Shown here piece after piece: positions 1 to 8,823 of a DNA stretch of 64,000 nucleotides. Numbering within the stretch: the first letter of the stretch is position 1; every line of letters starts with the position of its first letter. A program made the translations under genes and the position numbers. Under the pieces are notes generated by a model, which was not told where the DNA came from, did no database searches, and saw only the letters and a list, made by a program, of their open reading frames with translations. Source of the DNA: a virus (taxonomy: Duplodnaviria > Caudoviricetes); the IMG/VR virus record IMGVR_UViG_3300036773_000110, positions 3,913-67,912 of that record. One strand, 5' to 3'.

Positions 1-34
1 GGCCCCCTGGTGAAGCACACTTCACCAGGGGGCC
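1..34. terminator. Inverted repeat, likely intrinsic terminator downstream of the GNAT gene
   Basis: GGCCCCCTGGTGAA / TTCACCAGGGGGCC perfect 14-bp stem with 6-nt loop. Confidence 0.6.
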
Positions 35-64
35 TCCCTGTGTCGAGCGGAGGGTTGAACCCAC

Positions 65-640
65 CTATGCCGGATTGGTCCACTCTGCTGCAAGCACGGA
101 GTAGAGCACCGAGTCACGCCAGGCTTCGTTGGTGAAGACATGATCGCGGAGTACGCCCTCCCGGACGAATCCGAGGCGCTTGACAACGGCGTGGGAAGCC
201 GCGTTGTCAGGGCCGATGGCCGCTGTTACGCGGTGGAGATCCAGCGGCCCGAAGGCGAAGTCGAGTGCGCACCGGACTGCGTCAGTGGCGAATCCCCTAC
301 CCCAGTAGTCAGCTGCGACGGCGTAGCCCAACTTCGCTGCCCGGACTCCGGAGAGACCGAGGCGGCAGAAGCCGATGACCCGGTCGTCCTCGTCGCAGGC
401 TATGCCCAGGTAGTACTCGGTGCGCGGGCGGATTTTGGCGCGTTCGACAGCTCCGTCGATCATCGACTGGGCGGCGTCGCGATCTCGGCTGGCGAAGGAC
501 AGGGAGCGGGTTACACGGTCGTCTCCCACGATCGCGAACGCATCGGGCCCGTCGGTAGACCGAAACTCGCGAAGCCGTACGTGCGCGCCTTCGAGGTTGA
601 TCCCGCCGTCCGTCTTGTCGTCGAACCCATTCGAGGTCAC
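65..640 (-). CDS. GNAT N-acetyltransferase, RimJ/RimL family
   Basis: 191 aa; LGYAVAADYWGRGFATDA acetyl-CoA motif, N-xxS-xxV-xxRLGF-xxEG-xLR. Confidence 0.9.
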   Translation of the reverse strand: MTSNGFDDKTDGGINLEGAHVRLREFRSTDGPDAFAIVGDDRVTRSLSFASRDRDAAQSMIDGAVERAKIRPRTEYYLGIACDEDDRVIGFCRLGLSGVRAAKLGYAVAADYWGRGFATDAVRCALDFAFGPLDLHRVTAAIGPDNAASHAVVKRLGFVREGVLRDHVFTNEAWRDSVLYSVLAAEWTNPA

Positions 641-1956
641 TGGTTGATCGCCAGACGCTGGGAGGCGAACGCGTTCATCGACTCCTCCAGTTCGCCGATG
701 ACACGGTCATTAGCGGTCACTCCGGCGAGGTGGCGTTCCACGTGCTGCACCGCGACGACCACGCCATGGGTGCGTTTGGCAACGGGTAGCGTAAGAACGC
801 CATCCATGGCTTCGACGGCACCCTCAAATTCACCCCGGTTGATCCGCGCGATAGCGAGCGCGCAGCGGGTGCCCGCCTCGTCTCCGAACGCCCGGTCTCC
901 TGCATCCGCAGTTTCGTAGGCGCGGATCGCCTCCATCGCGAACTGCTCCGTGCGCTCCGCCGCGTCGACACCTGCCCAGGAGAGGGCCTCAGCCGCATAG
1001 TAGAGCTGGCGCGGCCGGTTGAACGTGCAGAACCCGCCGAGGTCGTCAAGGTCATCGTGCCGAACCCGGTCACGTGCATCAACGGCGCGCTGCACGGATT
1101 GCTGCGCTTCACCATGCCGACCCAACGCCGCGAGTGAGCGCGCCTCGCTGGAGGCGATCCAGACCGCTGACGTGTTCTGGCTCCGGTAAGCGAACTCGGC
1201 GCCTTGCGCGGCGTACTTCACGGAGTCCTTGTATCGCCCCGCCCAGTAGGCGATCAACGACTGTAGGCCCTTGACCCAAGCCTTGAGCCCATCGTGTCCG
1301 GCGTTGTCGGCAGAGGAGAACGCGGCTCGGGCGTGAACCATGGCCTCGTGCGATGCCCCGGTGTCGTGGGCGGCGCGAGCCATCAGCCCGGAAGCAACCC
1401 CGGCGAGCAAGAACAGGTCACGCGTCTGCTCCGCTCGCTGCCGACCCTCCAACAGCTCGAACGCCTTGCTCTGCGTTTCGCTCATGTCCGCGAGCAGGGA
1501 TTCCAGCGGGGTCTGTTGGTACGCGACTGTCAACCGACGAACATCATCGGTGAGTTGGTCGAGGGTCTCTGCACCCACGTTGGATACCTCCGTCATCCTC
1601 AGGAACTCGCGGGCGCGGATTGCGCTTGCCGCGATCACCTGACGTTGCCAATCGGATTGCCCGTATTCGAGCGATCCTCCGCTCAGTTCGAGCGGGCGTG
1701 CCTGTGTGCTTAGGCCGCCGCCGTGCGGCGGGCCGAACAGCTGGGTGGCCGCTTCGCTGAACATCTGTTCGAGTGCGGACTGTGAGTGCGCGTACGGCAG
1801 CCTCTTTACCTCACCGGTCACCCACCGCTGGAGCTGACGTTCGGACATCATCGTGCCGGTTATCTCCTGGTACCGGCCTTGTAGATCACCAAGCGTCATG
1901 TGGCGCTCCGCCATGAGCTGCCCCAGCCGGGTCTTCGGTATCTCGTCGCCCATCAC
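637..1956 (-). CDS. XRE-type HTH transcriptional regulator with helical-repeat (TPR-like) C-terminus
   Basis: N-terminal SERQLQRWVTGEVKRLPY HTH plus Ala-rich helical body typical of actinomycete XRE regulators; overlaps GNAT start. Confidence 0.75.
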   Translation of the reverse strand: MMGDEIPKTRLGQLMAERHMTLGDLQGRYQEITGTMMSERQLQRWVTGEVKRLPYAHSQSALEQMFSEAATQLFGPPHGGGLSTQARPLELSGGSLEYGQSDWQRQVIAASAIRAREFLRMTEVSNVGAETLDQLTDDVRRLTVAYQQTPLESLLADMSETQSKAFELLEGRQRAEQTRDLFLLAGVASGLMARAAHDTGASHEAMVHARAAFSSADNAGHDGLKAWVKGLQSLIAYWAGRYKDSVKYAAQGAEFAYRSQNTSAVWIASSEARSLAALGRHGEAQQSVQRAVDARDRVRHDDLDDLGGFCTFNRPRQLYYAAEALSWAGVDAAERTEQFAMEAIRAYETADAGDRAFGDEAGTRCALAIARINRGEFEGAVEAMDGVLTLPVAKRTHGVVVAVQHVERHLAGVTANDRVIGELEESMNAFASQRLAINQ

Positions 1957-2022
1957 ACCTGCCCTCGTGTCAGACGCCTCTCACAGTAAGGCGCAACCGG
2001 AGCCCCTCGCGACCGCCATCGA

Positions 2023-2084
2023 AAGAAGTCAGGAAGAAGTCCGAAGAAGTCTGAAGAAGTCAAGACCCGTGACATTCCGATGTC
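2023..2084. promoter_or_regulatory. Four AAGAAGTC direct repeats plus a GACAT-N4-ATGTC palindrome in a divergent promoter region
   Basis: AAGAAGTC at 2023, 2034, 2044, 2054; palindrome at 2071-2084. Confidence 0.55.
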
Positions 2085-2220
2085 AGTCGCTCTGCGGAAG
2101 TGTAAGTGGCCGACACGTTGAGTAACCGACACCGAGAGCGGCCCTGTTGTCCTACGGCCCAGTCGGTGACAACAAGTGACCGCGAAGCGTCCGCACGCTC
2201 CGCACTGAGGGGTTGAGCGC

Positions 2221-2649
2221 ATGAATTCAGGCGTGATCATCGTTCTGGCAGCGGCGTGCGGCGGAGCGGGTTGGTTGCTGTTCCTCTGGGCGTCCCGGCC
2301 GGTGAAACCCCGGAACGGCGCACCGACCGTCGAGGACATCAAGGCCCGGCTGGAGCGGGAACACGATGCGAAGGCCGACGAGATCCAGGCGGGGATCGAG
2401 CAGGCGCGGCGGGCTGCCTTCCAGGAGCGTGCCACACGCAAGGCCCGCCAGCGGGGTGCCGAGCAGGATCGGGAGCTTGAGCGGGCTGGCCAGGCAATCC
2501 AGTGGCCGGACGGCGACGTGGACGTGGAGAACGCGAACGAGGTCACCGCCGTCACTCCGCCGAAGATCCCCCCGCCGCGCCGCAGTCGCCGGTATGCGCT
2601 GGGGCTTCGCCATCCTGCTTCGCAGGAGCGGCGGGAGGTGTCGGCATGA
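2221..2649 (+). CDS. Hypothetical membrane-anchored protein
   Basis: N-terminal hydrophobic helix then charged coiled coil; stop overlaps next start. Confidence 0.65.
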   Translation: MNSGVIIVLAAACGGAGWLLFLWASRPVKPRNGAPTVEDIKARLEREHDAKADEIQAGIEQARRAAFQERATRKARQRGAEQDRELERAGQAIQWPDGDVDVENANEVTAVTPPKIPPPRRSRRYALGLRHPASQERREVSA

Positions 2650-2978
2650 GCGGCGTCTGGCCGAGTTGGCTGACCAGTGAGCAGCTGAGCCAGCTCCGAG
2701 ACCTGGGCGCCGCCCGGTTCACCTGGACGACCGGGGCCGGTCCTGCCGACTCGGCGCCGGAGTTGCGTGGCCAGTGGGCCCGCGAGCTGACCGAGATCGA
2801 CGTCTGTCTGTCGCGGGATTACCCGGAGGTGTGTGTGGTCGGCGTCTACCCGCGCGGGGAGGGCTTCTTCCGGTCCGGCCGCGAGCCGACCCGGGATGGC
2901 TCCCACATGTTCGCGACGGGGACTGTCGACGAGGTTGTTCAGCTGGCCGACGACTGGGCGAGGGCGAGGGAGTACTGA
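2646..2978 (+). CDS. Hypothetical protein
   Basis: ATG 2646 overlapping the upstream stop (ATGA), GGAGG RBS; MSGVWPSWLTSEQL... Confidence 0.6.
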   Translation: MSGVWPSWLTSEQLSQLRDLGAARFTWTTGAGPADSAPELRGQWARELTEIDVCLSRDYPEVCVVGVYPRGEGFFRSGREPTRDGSHMFATGTVDEVVQLADDWARAREY

Positions 2979-3223
2979 TGGCCAACTCCGTCCCGGGCGT
3001 GTCGATCACCCTGTCGGGCTGCCGCGCCGTGGACCTTTTCGGCACTTACCTCGGCGAGGGCGAAGACGCTGCCGCCGTGATGGTGGCGCTGAAGCGAACC
3101 CTCGAAGCTCTCCAGCGCGAGGTCGGCGACGACCTGGAGCTTGTGATCGAAAAGTGGGGCCAGTACAGGAATGCCGACCTGATCACGGTCGGTGTGTTCC
3201 CGCCGCCTGGCATGTGCGGCTAG
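2978..3223 (+). CDS. Hypothetical protein
   Basis: TGATG coupling with upstream gene; MANSVPGVSITLSG... Confidence 0.6.
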   Translation: MANSVPGVSITLSGCRAVDLFGTYLGEGEDAAAVMVALKRTLEALQREVGDDLELVIEKWGQYRNADLITVGVFPPPGMCG

Positions 3224-3250
3224 CTCCTGACCGCTGGCCGCACTCCTCGC

Positions 3251-3338
3251 CTGGCCCCGGCCGAGTACCACTCCTCACTCGGCCGGGGCCGGGCCCCAGA
3301 CACCGGCTCTGCCTCGGCGCCTCCCTCGCCGAGGCCGG
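3251..3338. other. Two adjacent strong hairpins in an intergenic region
   Basis: 16-bp stem 3251-3266/3277-3292 and 9-bp stem 3311-3319/3327-3335. Confidence 0.5.
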
Positions 3339-3369
3339 GTCGGTCCCATCGCCGAAGGACAGGAAAGCT

Positions 3370-3621
3370 ATGTGCGACAACGAAAGCCTCACTCCCTCGC
3401 AGCTGGCCGAGACCGTCATGGTGTGGTCGGACTTCACCGGCCCGTGGGGTCTCCGAGGCCAGACCGGTGAGACGACGCTGTTCGGCGAGACAGTGTGGAT
3501 GACCCGCACGCCGAACGCGGATTACGAGAGCGGCTTCTCCTACATGATTTACAACCGTGCGGCCTGGGCCGCGTTCGGGCCGACCGTGACGATTGCGGCG
3601 CGGGAGGGGGTCCATGCCTAG
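3370..3621 (+). CDS. Hypothetical protein
   Basis: AGGA RBS; MCDNESLTPSQLAET...; coupled to next gene. Confidence 0.55.
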   Translation: MCDNESLTPSQLAETVMVWSDFTGPWGLRGQTGETTLFGETVWMTRTPNADYESGFSYMIYNRAAWAAFGPTVTIAAREGVHA

Positions 3622-3961
3622 CGATCTGCACGCCGTTGCGTCCCAAGGGGATGTCGCGCTGGCAATCAAGGCCGGTGAGGCTGCCTTGTGCCCGTGGGAG
3701 TGGCTGGCCAAGGATGCCGGGCCGCTCGACTGGGCCAACATCATCGTCAACTACGGCACGCTCTTGGGTTTCCGCGTCGGCATCAGCCACGTGGCGAAGT
3801 TCCAGCTGACCGTGGCAGTCAACGTTTCCAACGCGCCGTCCATGGATCAGGTGGCGCGTGCGATGGCCGAGCTGGAGTACTACCGCGACCACGACTCGAT
3901 GCCGCCGACGAAGCAGGCTCTGTTATTGACGAGCCAGTACGTCCCCAGGCTCAAGCTCTAG
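3614..3961 (+). CDS. Hypothetical protein (contains in-frame TTA at 3923)
   Basis: GGAGG RBS; MPSDLHAV... Confidence 0.6.
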   Translation: MPSDLHAVASQGDVALAIKAGEAALCPWEWLAKDAGPLDWANIIVNYGTLLGFRVGISHVAKFQLTVAVNVSNAPSMDQVARAMAELEYYRDHDSMPPTKQALLLTSQYVPRLKL

Positions 3962-4003
3962 CGCGTCATGGTCCGAACCAAACGAAAACAAGGAGGACGA
4001 CGA

Positions 4004-5101
4004 GTGAAAGACGCCCACGATCTTGTAGACGCGCTGAGGGCGGCCGGGAAGTACCCGGACGTCCTCGGTTCCCTCTTCGTCGACGTGCGACGCGACGATT
4101 TCCTCCCGAACAGGATCTGGTACCGGGATGCGGACTGGAAAGTGGTTCCGGTGGACCGGGAGGTGGCCCCGGAGGAGTGGGCGGCAGCGGTGAACTCGGA
4201 CGGCCCGATCGTCACCCAGTGGAACGACGGGGAGGTTGAGTGGCCGGAGGCTGGCGACACTCCGTCGAGTTCTGCATCCCAGCCCTCCGCCGTGGCGGCC
4301 ATGCTCGTGGCGCTTGGCGTAGAGACGGGTGACGCGGTGCTGGATATCGGCACCGGCACCGGTCTGAACGCGGGGTACACGGCCAGGCAGGCGGGCGACG
4401 ACGGCCGGGTCAGCACGGTCGAGATCGACGAGAACGCACTGACGTGGGCCAGCATGGCTCTCGGCCGCGCCGGATTCGCCAGTGTCAAGACGGTCCTCGG
4501 GGATGGCGCGTTCGGCGATCCCCAGGGCGCGCCGTTCGACCGCGTGATCTCGACGATGAGTATGTTCGCGGGCCGCGTTCCGTACGCCTGGGTGAAGCAG
4601 ACCAGGCCGGGTGGCGTGATCGTCGCCCCGGTGCGGGCGGACATGGATTCCGGCCCGTTGGTCAAGTTCACCGTTCAGGAGGACGGCACTGCCACAGGCC
4701 GAATTCAGCCGATGAGCGTCGGGTTCATGATTTCGCGGACGCAGCGGCAGAGCAGCGTGGACGACCACGACCCGCGCTGGTTGATCGCAGCGGAGCATGT
4801 GACGACGACCCAACTCGATCCGGCTGAGGTGTTCCGGAACGAGGCAGTGCTGTGGACCGTGGCGATGGCCGTGCCGCACTGCCGGTACAACGACGACCCC
4901 GGGTGGTGGCTGCGCGACCCCTTAACTGGGTCGTGGGCGACCATCGACGACAACCTGACCGTGCGCCAGCGCGGGCCGCGTCGGCTGTGGGACGAGGTCA
5001 CGGCGGCCTGGTACTGGTGGCAGGACCAGGGCAGCCCACCACTGGACGCTTGGGAATGGATCATCACGCCCGCCACGCAGTACATCACCCTTGCCCGGTA
5101 G
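4004..5101 (+). CDS. SAM-dependent methyltransferase, protein-L-isoaspartate O-methyltransferase-like
   Basis: SSASQPSAVAAML, VLDIGTGTGLNA, VSTVEID, GDG, PFDRVI motifs; AGGAGG RBS before GTG 4004. Confidence 0.85.
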   Translation: MKDAHDLVDALRAAGKYPDVLGSLFVDVRRDDFLPNRIWYRDADWKVVPVDREVAPEEWAAAVNSDGPIVTQWNDGEVEWPEAGDTPSSSASQPSAVAAMLVALGVETGDAVLDIGTGTGLNAGYTARQAGDDGRVSTVEIDENALTWASMALGRAGFASVKTVLGDGAFGDPQGAPFDRVISTMSMFAGRVPYAWVKQTRPGGVIVAPVRADMDSGPLVKFTVQEDGTATGRIQPMSVGFMISRTQRQSSVDDHDPRWLIAAEHVTTTQLDPAEVFRNEAVLWTVAMAVPHCRYNDDPGWWLRDPLTGSWATIDDNLTVRQRGPRRLWDEVTAAWYWWQDQGSPPLDAWEWIITPATQYITLAR

Positions 5102-5117
5102 GCCGCCGTTGCGGCGG

Positions 5118-5471
5118 ATGCCGACCATTGCGGACGTGATCATCAGTTGCCAGTCGAGAAACGGGGAACCCGACGACCCGGACTGGTCCAAGCGACAGCT
5201 CGACATCAAGAACTCCGGCCTGTTCATCCCGCGCAACCAGCCGCATCCCTTCGCCGTCTGGGAAATCATCGAGTCGTACGCGAGGGGACTGAGCCTCATC
5301 GGAGCCGGAAAGAAGGTCGGCGTCACATCCGATACTGCGATGAGGTGGATGGAGCGGGCTGGTGCCCCACGACGATCCCCCGGCAGTGGCCGGGAGTTGG
5401 CCCACCACCGCGATCGCGAGCTGAGCAGACAACGGATCGCCCGGTCTCGCGAGCAGGAGGTTGAGTTATGA
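5118..5471 (+). CDS. Putative HTH DNA-binding protein
   Basis: YARGLSLIGAGKKVGVTSDTAMRWMERAG HTH-like segment; start uncertain. Confidence 0.55.
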   Translation: MPTIADVIISCQSRNGEPDDPDWSKRQLDIKNSGLFIPRNQPHPFAVWEIIESYARGLSLIGAGKKVGVTSDTAMRWMERAGAPRRSPGSGRELAHHRDRELSRQRIARSREQEVEL

Positions 5472-5731
5472 CAAGCCCCGTGCAGCAACTGAAAGCAGAA
5501 GTCGAGGCCATCGCACAGGCATACATCGATCTGCAACAGGTGTTGGACAACATCGCCCGCGACGCAGAGCAGCTAAAGCACCGGTGGTACAACACCGGGC
5601 TCAGTTCGAACGCCAAGCACGTCGCCAACACCAACGACGAGCTTGGCCGGTTCCACACCGACCTCGGGTCACTTGGCGCCGGAGCGTTCCACCTCGGCGT
5701 CTGCGTCGGCGTGGTCGGCGCCAACCTCTAG
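5468..5731 (+). CDS. Small helical protein, loosely WXG100/ESAT-6-like
   Basis: 87 aa, two predicted helices around a central W; no canonical WxG. Confidence 0.45.
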   Translation: MTSPVQQLKAEVEAIAQAYIDLQQVLDNIARDAEQLKHRWYNTGLSSNAKHVANTNDELGRFHTDLGSLGAGAFHLGVCVGVVGANL

Positions 5732-5738
5732 AACGCAA

Positions 5739-5801
5739 GGAAAGCCCCCCACCGCTCTGCCGGGGGTGACGACGACGCCGGTGAGCTGGTGGGGGATTTC
5801 C
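5739..5801. terminator. Imperfect long hairpin, terminator-like
   Basis: GGAAA-GCCCCCCACC...GGTGGGGG-ATTTCC arms directly after the stop codon. Confidence 0.4.
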
Positions 5802-5891
5802 GTATGGACCGCCCGGAGGGGGAACGATCCGGGTCGGTCCGGCCGAGGGCCTCGGGGCCGGATGATCAGCAATCGAGAGAGAAGGTGCACC

Positions 5892-6773
5892 GTGTATGAA
5901 GAACCGTTCCGCCTTCGTGTAGCGACAGCGAACCTGAAGCGGGGAGGGTACGACCGCCGGACCCGCCGTCACGACCACGGCAAGCTCAGGAGCATGCTGT
6001 CTCCGCTCAAGCTGCCCCCACACATGTTGTGCCTCTCCGAGTGCACGTCCTATATGGACTTTGACCGGGAACCGCTGCACGAGGTGCTGGAGCTACTCAG
6101 TTCCATGTGGGGAGAGCACCGCGACGAGGACGGCCGCGCGTACGGGTCGATTCCCTACGTGCCGTACATCTCGGATGTCCAAGGATCGGTGAACGTGCCG
6201 GGACTGTTCGTCGACCCGCGTTACGTCCGGCCCGTCGTGTGGCATCACCCGGACGACAGCCGGGCGATGCTCGCGAACACCCTTGAGGCACTGATCAACG
6301 GCCACCCGTTCACGCTGAAGTGCGCGCACTGGAACGGCTCTCGTGGCGAGACCGGGTTCACGATGCAGGCCGACCAGGACGGCCAGCTCGGTTCCCGCAA
6401 CGCCTTTGTCGCCGGAGATTTCAACGCGACGAGTTCCCTTCCCGGCGAGATCTACCCCGCCGACTGGGGCGCCCAATGCGACGAGGCGGACGAGCCGTGG
6501 AAAAGGAGCCAGAAGGGTATGCGGACACCTGACGGCTGGAAAACGAACACCGCCGCCATCGACCGTTTCACCGAACACGGATGGAAGGACGCCGGGGCCG
6601 AAGCGGCGGACTTCACGCCCACCGCCGTGGGTGGACTCCGGATAGACCGCATTGCCTGGTCCAAGGTTTCACCTGCCGTGCTCGCGCCGGGTAGCTATGC
6701 GGTACACAAGAATCGCATGTTGTCCGACCACGACTTGGTCACCTGCGCGTTCGACATCGCGCCAGCCCAGTAG
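5892..6773 (+). CDS. Endonuclease/exonuclease/phosphatase (EEP) family protein
   Basis: VATAN, CLSE, VAGDFN, RIDRI and SDH catalytic motifs in canonical order. Confidence 0.85.
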   Translation: MYEEPFRLRVATANLKRGGYDRRTRRHDHGKLRSMLSPLKLPPHMLCLSECTSYMDFDREPLHEVLELLSSMWGEHRDEDGRAYGSIPYVPYISDVQGSVNVPGLFVDPRYVRPVVWHHPDDSRAMLANTLEALINGHPFTLKCAHWNGSRGETGFTMQADQDGQLGSRNAFVAGDFNATSSLPGEIYPADWGAQCDEADEPWKRSQKGMRTPDGWKTNTAAIDRFTEHGWKDAGAEAADFTPTAVGGLRIDRIAWSKVSPAVLAPGSYAVHKNRMLSDHDLVTCAFDIAPAQ

Positions 6774-6802
6774 CGAAGGAAAAGCCCGTGCGGTCAGCTG
6801 CC

Positions 6803-6897
6803 GAGAGAGAGGGATCACCGTGTGCGAAGGACCGTTCTACGTTCGCGTAGAAACGCAAACTGACAAGTGGGGAGGGCGCAATCATGCCCAGGCCTAA
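6803..6897 (+). pseudogene. Diverged duplicate of the RBS and first ~20 codons of the EEP gene
   Basis: VCEGPFYVRVETQTDKWGG vs VYEEPFRLRVATANLKRGG; DNA similarity extends into the GAGAGA..CACCGTG leader. Confidence 0.55.
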
Positions 6898-7207
6898 CAA
6901 GGGGGGAATGGCGTATCAACTGTTCGACCCGGAGACGCGGCGGGAAGTGGTCCGCCTATACGTTGATGAAGGCATGATCATGCGAGAAATCGCCGATCAC
7001 TTTAACAACCAGGGCGACCTTCCCACCATGACAAAGACTCACGTGGACAAAATCCTGAAGACCGAAAGGGTCGTCACGTGGTCTAGGGGTAACTACCCTA
7101 AAACGAACACCGGCGCGAAGTCTGCCGCAAGCCAAAAGGAAGACCCCGTAAGTAAAGGTATTGCTGAACTACTACACCAGGCTGCATACCTATGGCCCAA
7201 GGTTTGA
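6884..7207 (+). CDS. HTH DNA-binding protein
   Basis: VVRLYVDEGMIMREIADHF...TKTHVDKILK. Confidence 0.65.
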   Translation: MPRPNKGGMAYQLFDPETRREVVRLYVDEGMIMREIADHFNNQGDLPTMTKTHVDKILKTERVVTWSRGNYPKTNTGAKSAASQKEDPVSKGIAELLHQAAYLWPKV

Positions 7208-7225
7208 CTTGCCCCTGAACGCAAC

Positions 7226-7270
7226 AAAAGCCCCCGATCGCCCGTGGTACCTGGGCGATCGGGGGCTTTT
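7226..7270. terminator. Bidirectional intrinsic terminator
   Basis: AAAAGCCCCCGATCGCCC / GGGCGATCGGGGGCTTTT between convergent genes. Confidence 0.85.
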
Positions 7271-7294
7271 GCGTGGGACCACACGTCGGACTCG

Positions 7295-8233
7295 TCATCG
7301 GAAGCTGAGGCTGGCGGTGCGCTCCGGGTGGTCCTTCGCGTAGGTGTAGATGATGGAGCCGTTGGTGGCGCCGGGGGCGACGTCGATCTTCCAGGGTCGG
7401 AGTCGGTCGATGCGGAAGTCCTGCTCGTAGCTCCACTTGTAGTCGAAGTCGGTTCCGGCGGGGAGGCCGTCGCCGGACTGCCAGATGCCGTGGACGGTCA
7501 TCCAATCCACCGGGCAGTTGACGCGGATCTTCGTGGCGCCAGGCGGGATGTCGAACGAGGTCGAGCAGTGGTCTCCGGGGTCGAGCTTCATGGTGGTCTC
7601 CTCGTCGTCGGTGAGGCGGGTGGTGGTGCTCGCCGACGCGGCGGAGAGCAGGAGGGCGGAGACGTCGTTGGTGTAGCTGAGGTCCACGGCGCCGGTGGTG
7701 CCGGGCGCGTGGCCGTTGCTGGTGAACTGGTGGAGGTCGACGCGGCCGTTGTAGTAACGGATCGCGGAGCGCTGGCCGGTGTTGAGGTTGTATTCGGCCG
7801 CCCAGGTGACATCCCAGTCGTAGGGCCAGGTGTCCGGGCGCAGCGCCGCCAGCCAGCTCGTGGACGCGTACAGCGCGACGCGGGGGTAGCTCTGGTGCAC
7901 GCGCTCCAGGAAGGAGCGCGCGAAGCCTGCCCGCGTGGAGAGGGGGATGTCGCCGGTTTCGAGGTCAAGCGCCGGGGCGAGTTGGCCGCCGTACTTGCGG
8001 TACATCGAAACGAACACCTCGGCCTGCCGGACGGGGTCTCCGGCTTCGGCGAAGTGGTAGCCGCCCCACGGGATTCCGGCGTTCTTGCACCCGGCGACGT
8101 AGGTGTCCGCCGTGACCTGAGCAGAGCCGTTTCCGTCTGAGTACTTGATGTACGCGGCGTCCACGTAGCTGCGCAGCGCGGGCCAGTTGGTAACGGGGTT
8201 GTACTTCTGGTAGAGGTCGATGATCAGGGGCAT
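7295..8233 (-). CDS. Endolysin, GH25 muramidase with C-terminal extension
   Basis: IIDLYQKY, AYIKYSDG, GGYHFA, PALDLE, LYAS, HQFTS, VDL motifs; ATG 8233. Confidence 0.9.
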   Translation of the reverse strand: MPLIIDLYQKYNPVTNWPALRSYVDAAYIKYSDGNGSAQVTADTYVAGCKNAGIPWGGYHFAEAGDPVRQAEVFVSMYRKYGGQLAPALDLETGDIPLSTRAGFARSFLERVHQSYPRVALYASTSWLAALRPDTWPYDWDVTWAAEYNLNTGQRSAIRYYNGRVDLHQFTSNGHAPGTTGAVDLSYTNDVSALLLSAASASTTTRLTDDEETTMKLDPGDHCSTSFDIPPGATKIRVNCPVDWMTVHGIWQSGDGLPAGTDFDYKWSYEQDFRIDRLRPWKIDVAPGATNGSIIYTYAKDHPERTASLSFR

Positions 8234-8237
8234 GGCG

Positions 8238-8657
8238 TCACTTCCCGATCCGTGTGCAGTCGCGCTGGGCGTAGGCGGTTTCCATGTATGTGCGGAACTC
8301 GGCGAGCTGTTGCTTGCGTGCCGCCGTCTGGCTGTCCGGGTCGTTCGCTGCTGCGTCCAGGACGTAGTTCCACAGGTTGCGGCTGGCCGCACGCGTCTGG
8401 TTGCTGGAGGTGCAGGTGTCGATCTGGCTTTGGCGGTTGGCCGATGCCGCGTCACCGGCGTTGTTGGCGGTGACGGCCACGATGACCACGGCGACGGTCA
8501 GGAGGATGTCGAGGGCCAGTGAGATGCCGAGGCCCACGATGAGGCGCCGGTTGCGGCGGCCGTAGGCGCGGAGTCCGCCGATCTCGTCTTTGAGGTCCAC
8601 AACGGACTCTTGGAGGCGGGCGGCGGCGGCGATGGCGGGATTCTGCGGCTCAGTCAT
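8238..8657 (-). CDS. Lysis-cassette membrane protein
   Basis: Basic RRNRR, one long TM helix, Cys pair in C-terminal part. Confidence 0.7.
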   Translation of the reverse strand: MTEPQNPAIAAAARLQESVVDLKDEIGGLRAYGRRNRRLIVGLGISLALDILLTVAVVIVAVTANNAGDAASANRQSQIDTCTSSNQTRAASRNLWNYVLDAAANDPDSQTAARKQQLAEFRTYMETAYAQRDCTRIGK

Positions 8658-8809
8658 TTCTCTATCCCATAGGCACTCTTGAGCATGGTGCTCAGCTCTT
8701 GGACGACCACGTCCAGTTCCTCGACGATGAGGTCGGCCCGCGCCGTGAGGCGGGCTACTTCCGCGTCGTAGGAGGCGGAACGTTCGGGCGCCGGGTTCTT
8801 CTCGGGCAC
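8654..8809 (-). CDS. Small coiled-coil protein B (51 aa, absent from ORF track)
   Basis: GGAGG RBS, GTG start, stop overlaps next ATG; PEKNPAPERSASYDAEVARLTARADLIVEELDVVVQELSTMLKSAYGIEK. Confidence 0.65.
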   Translation of the reverse strand: MPEKNPAPERSASYDAEVARLTARADLIVEELDVVVQELSTMLKSAYGIEK

Positions 8810-8823
8810 GCGTGTCCTCCACC

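Noticed and set aside
3251-3338. Double hairpins at 3.3 kb (and 48.8 kb) as members of the array family
   Set aside because: Different stem lengths and loops and no shared core; listed separately
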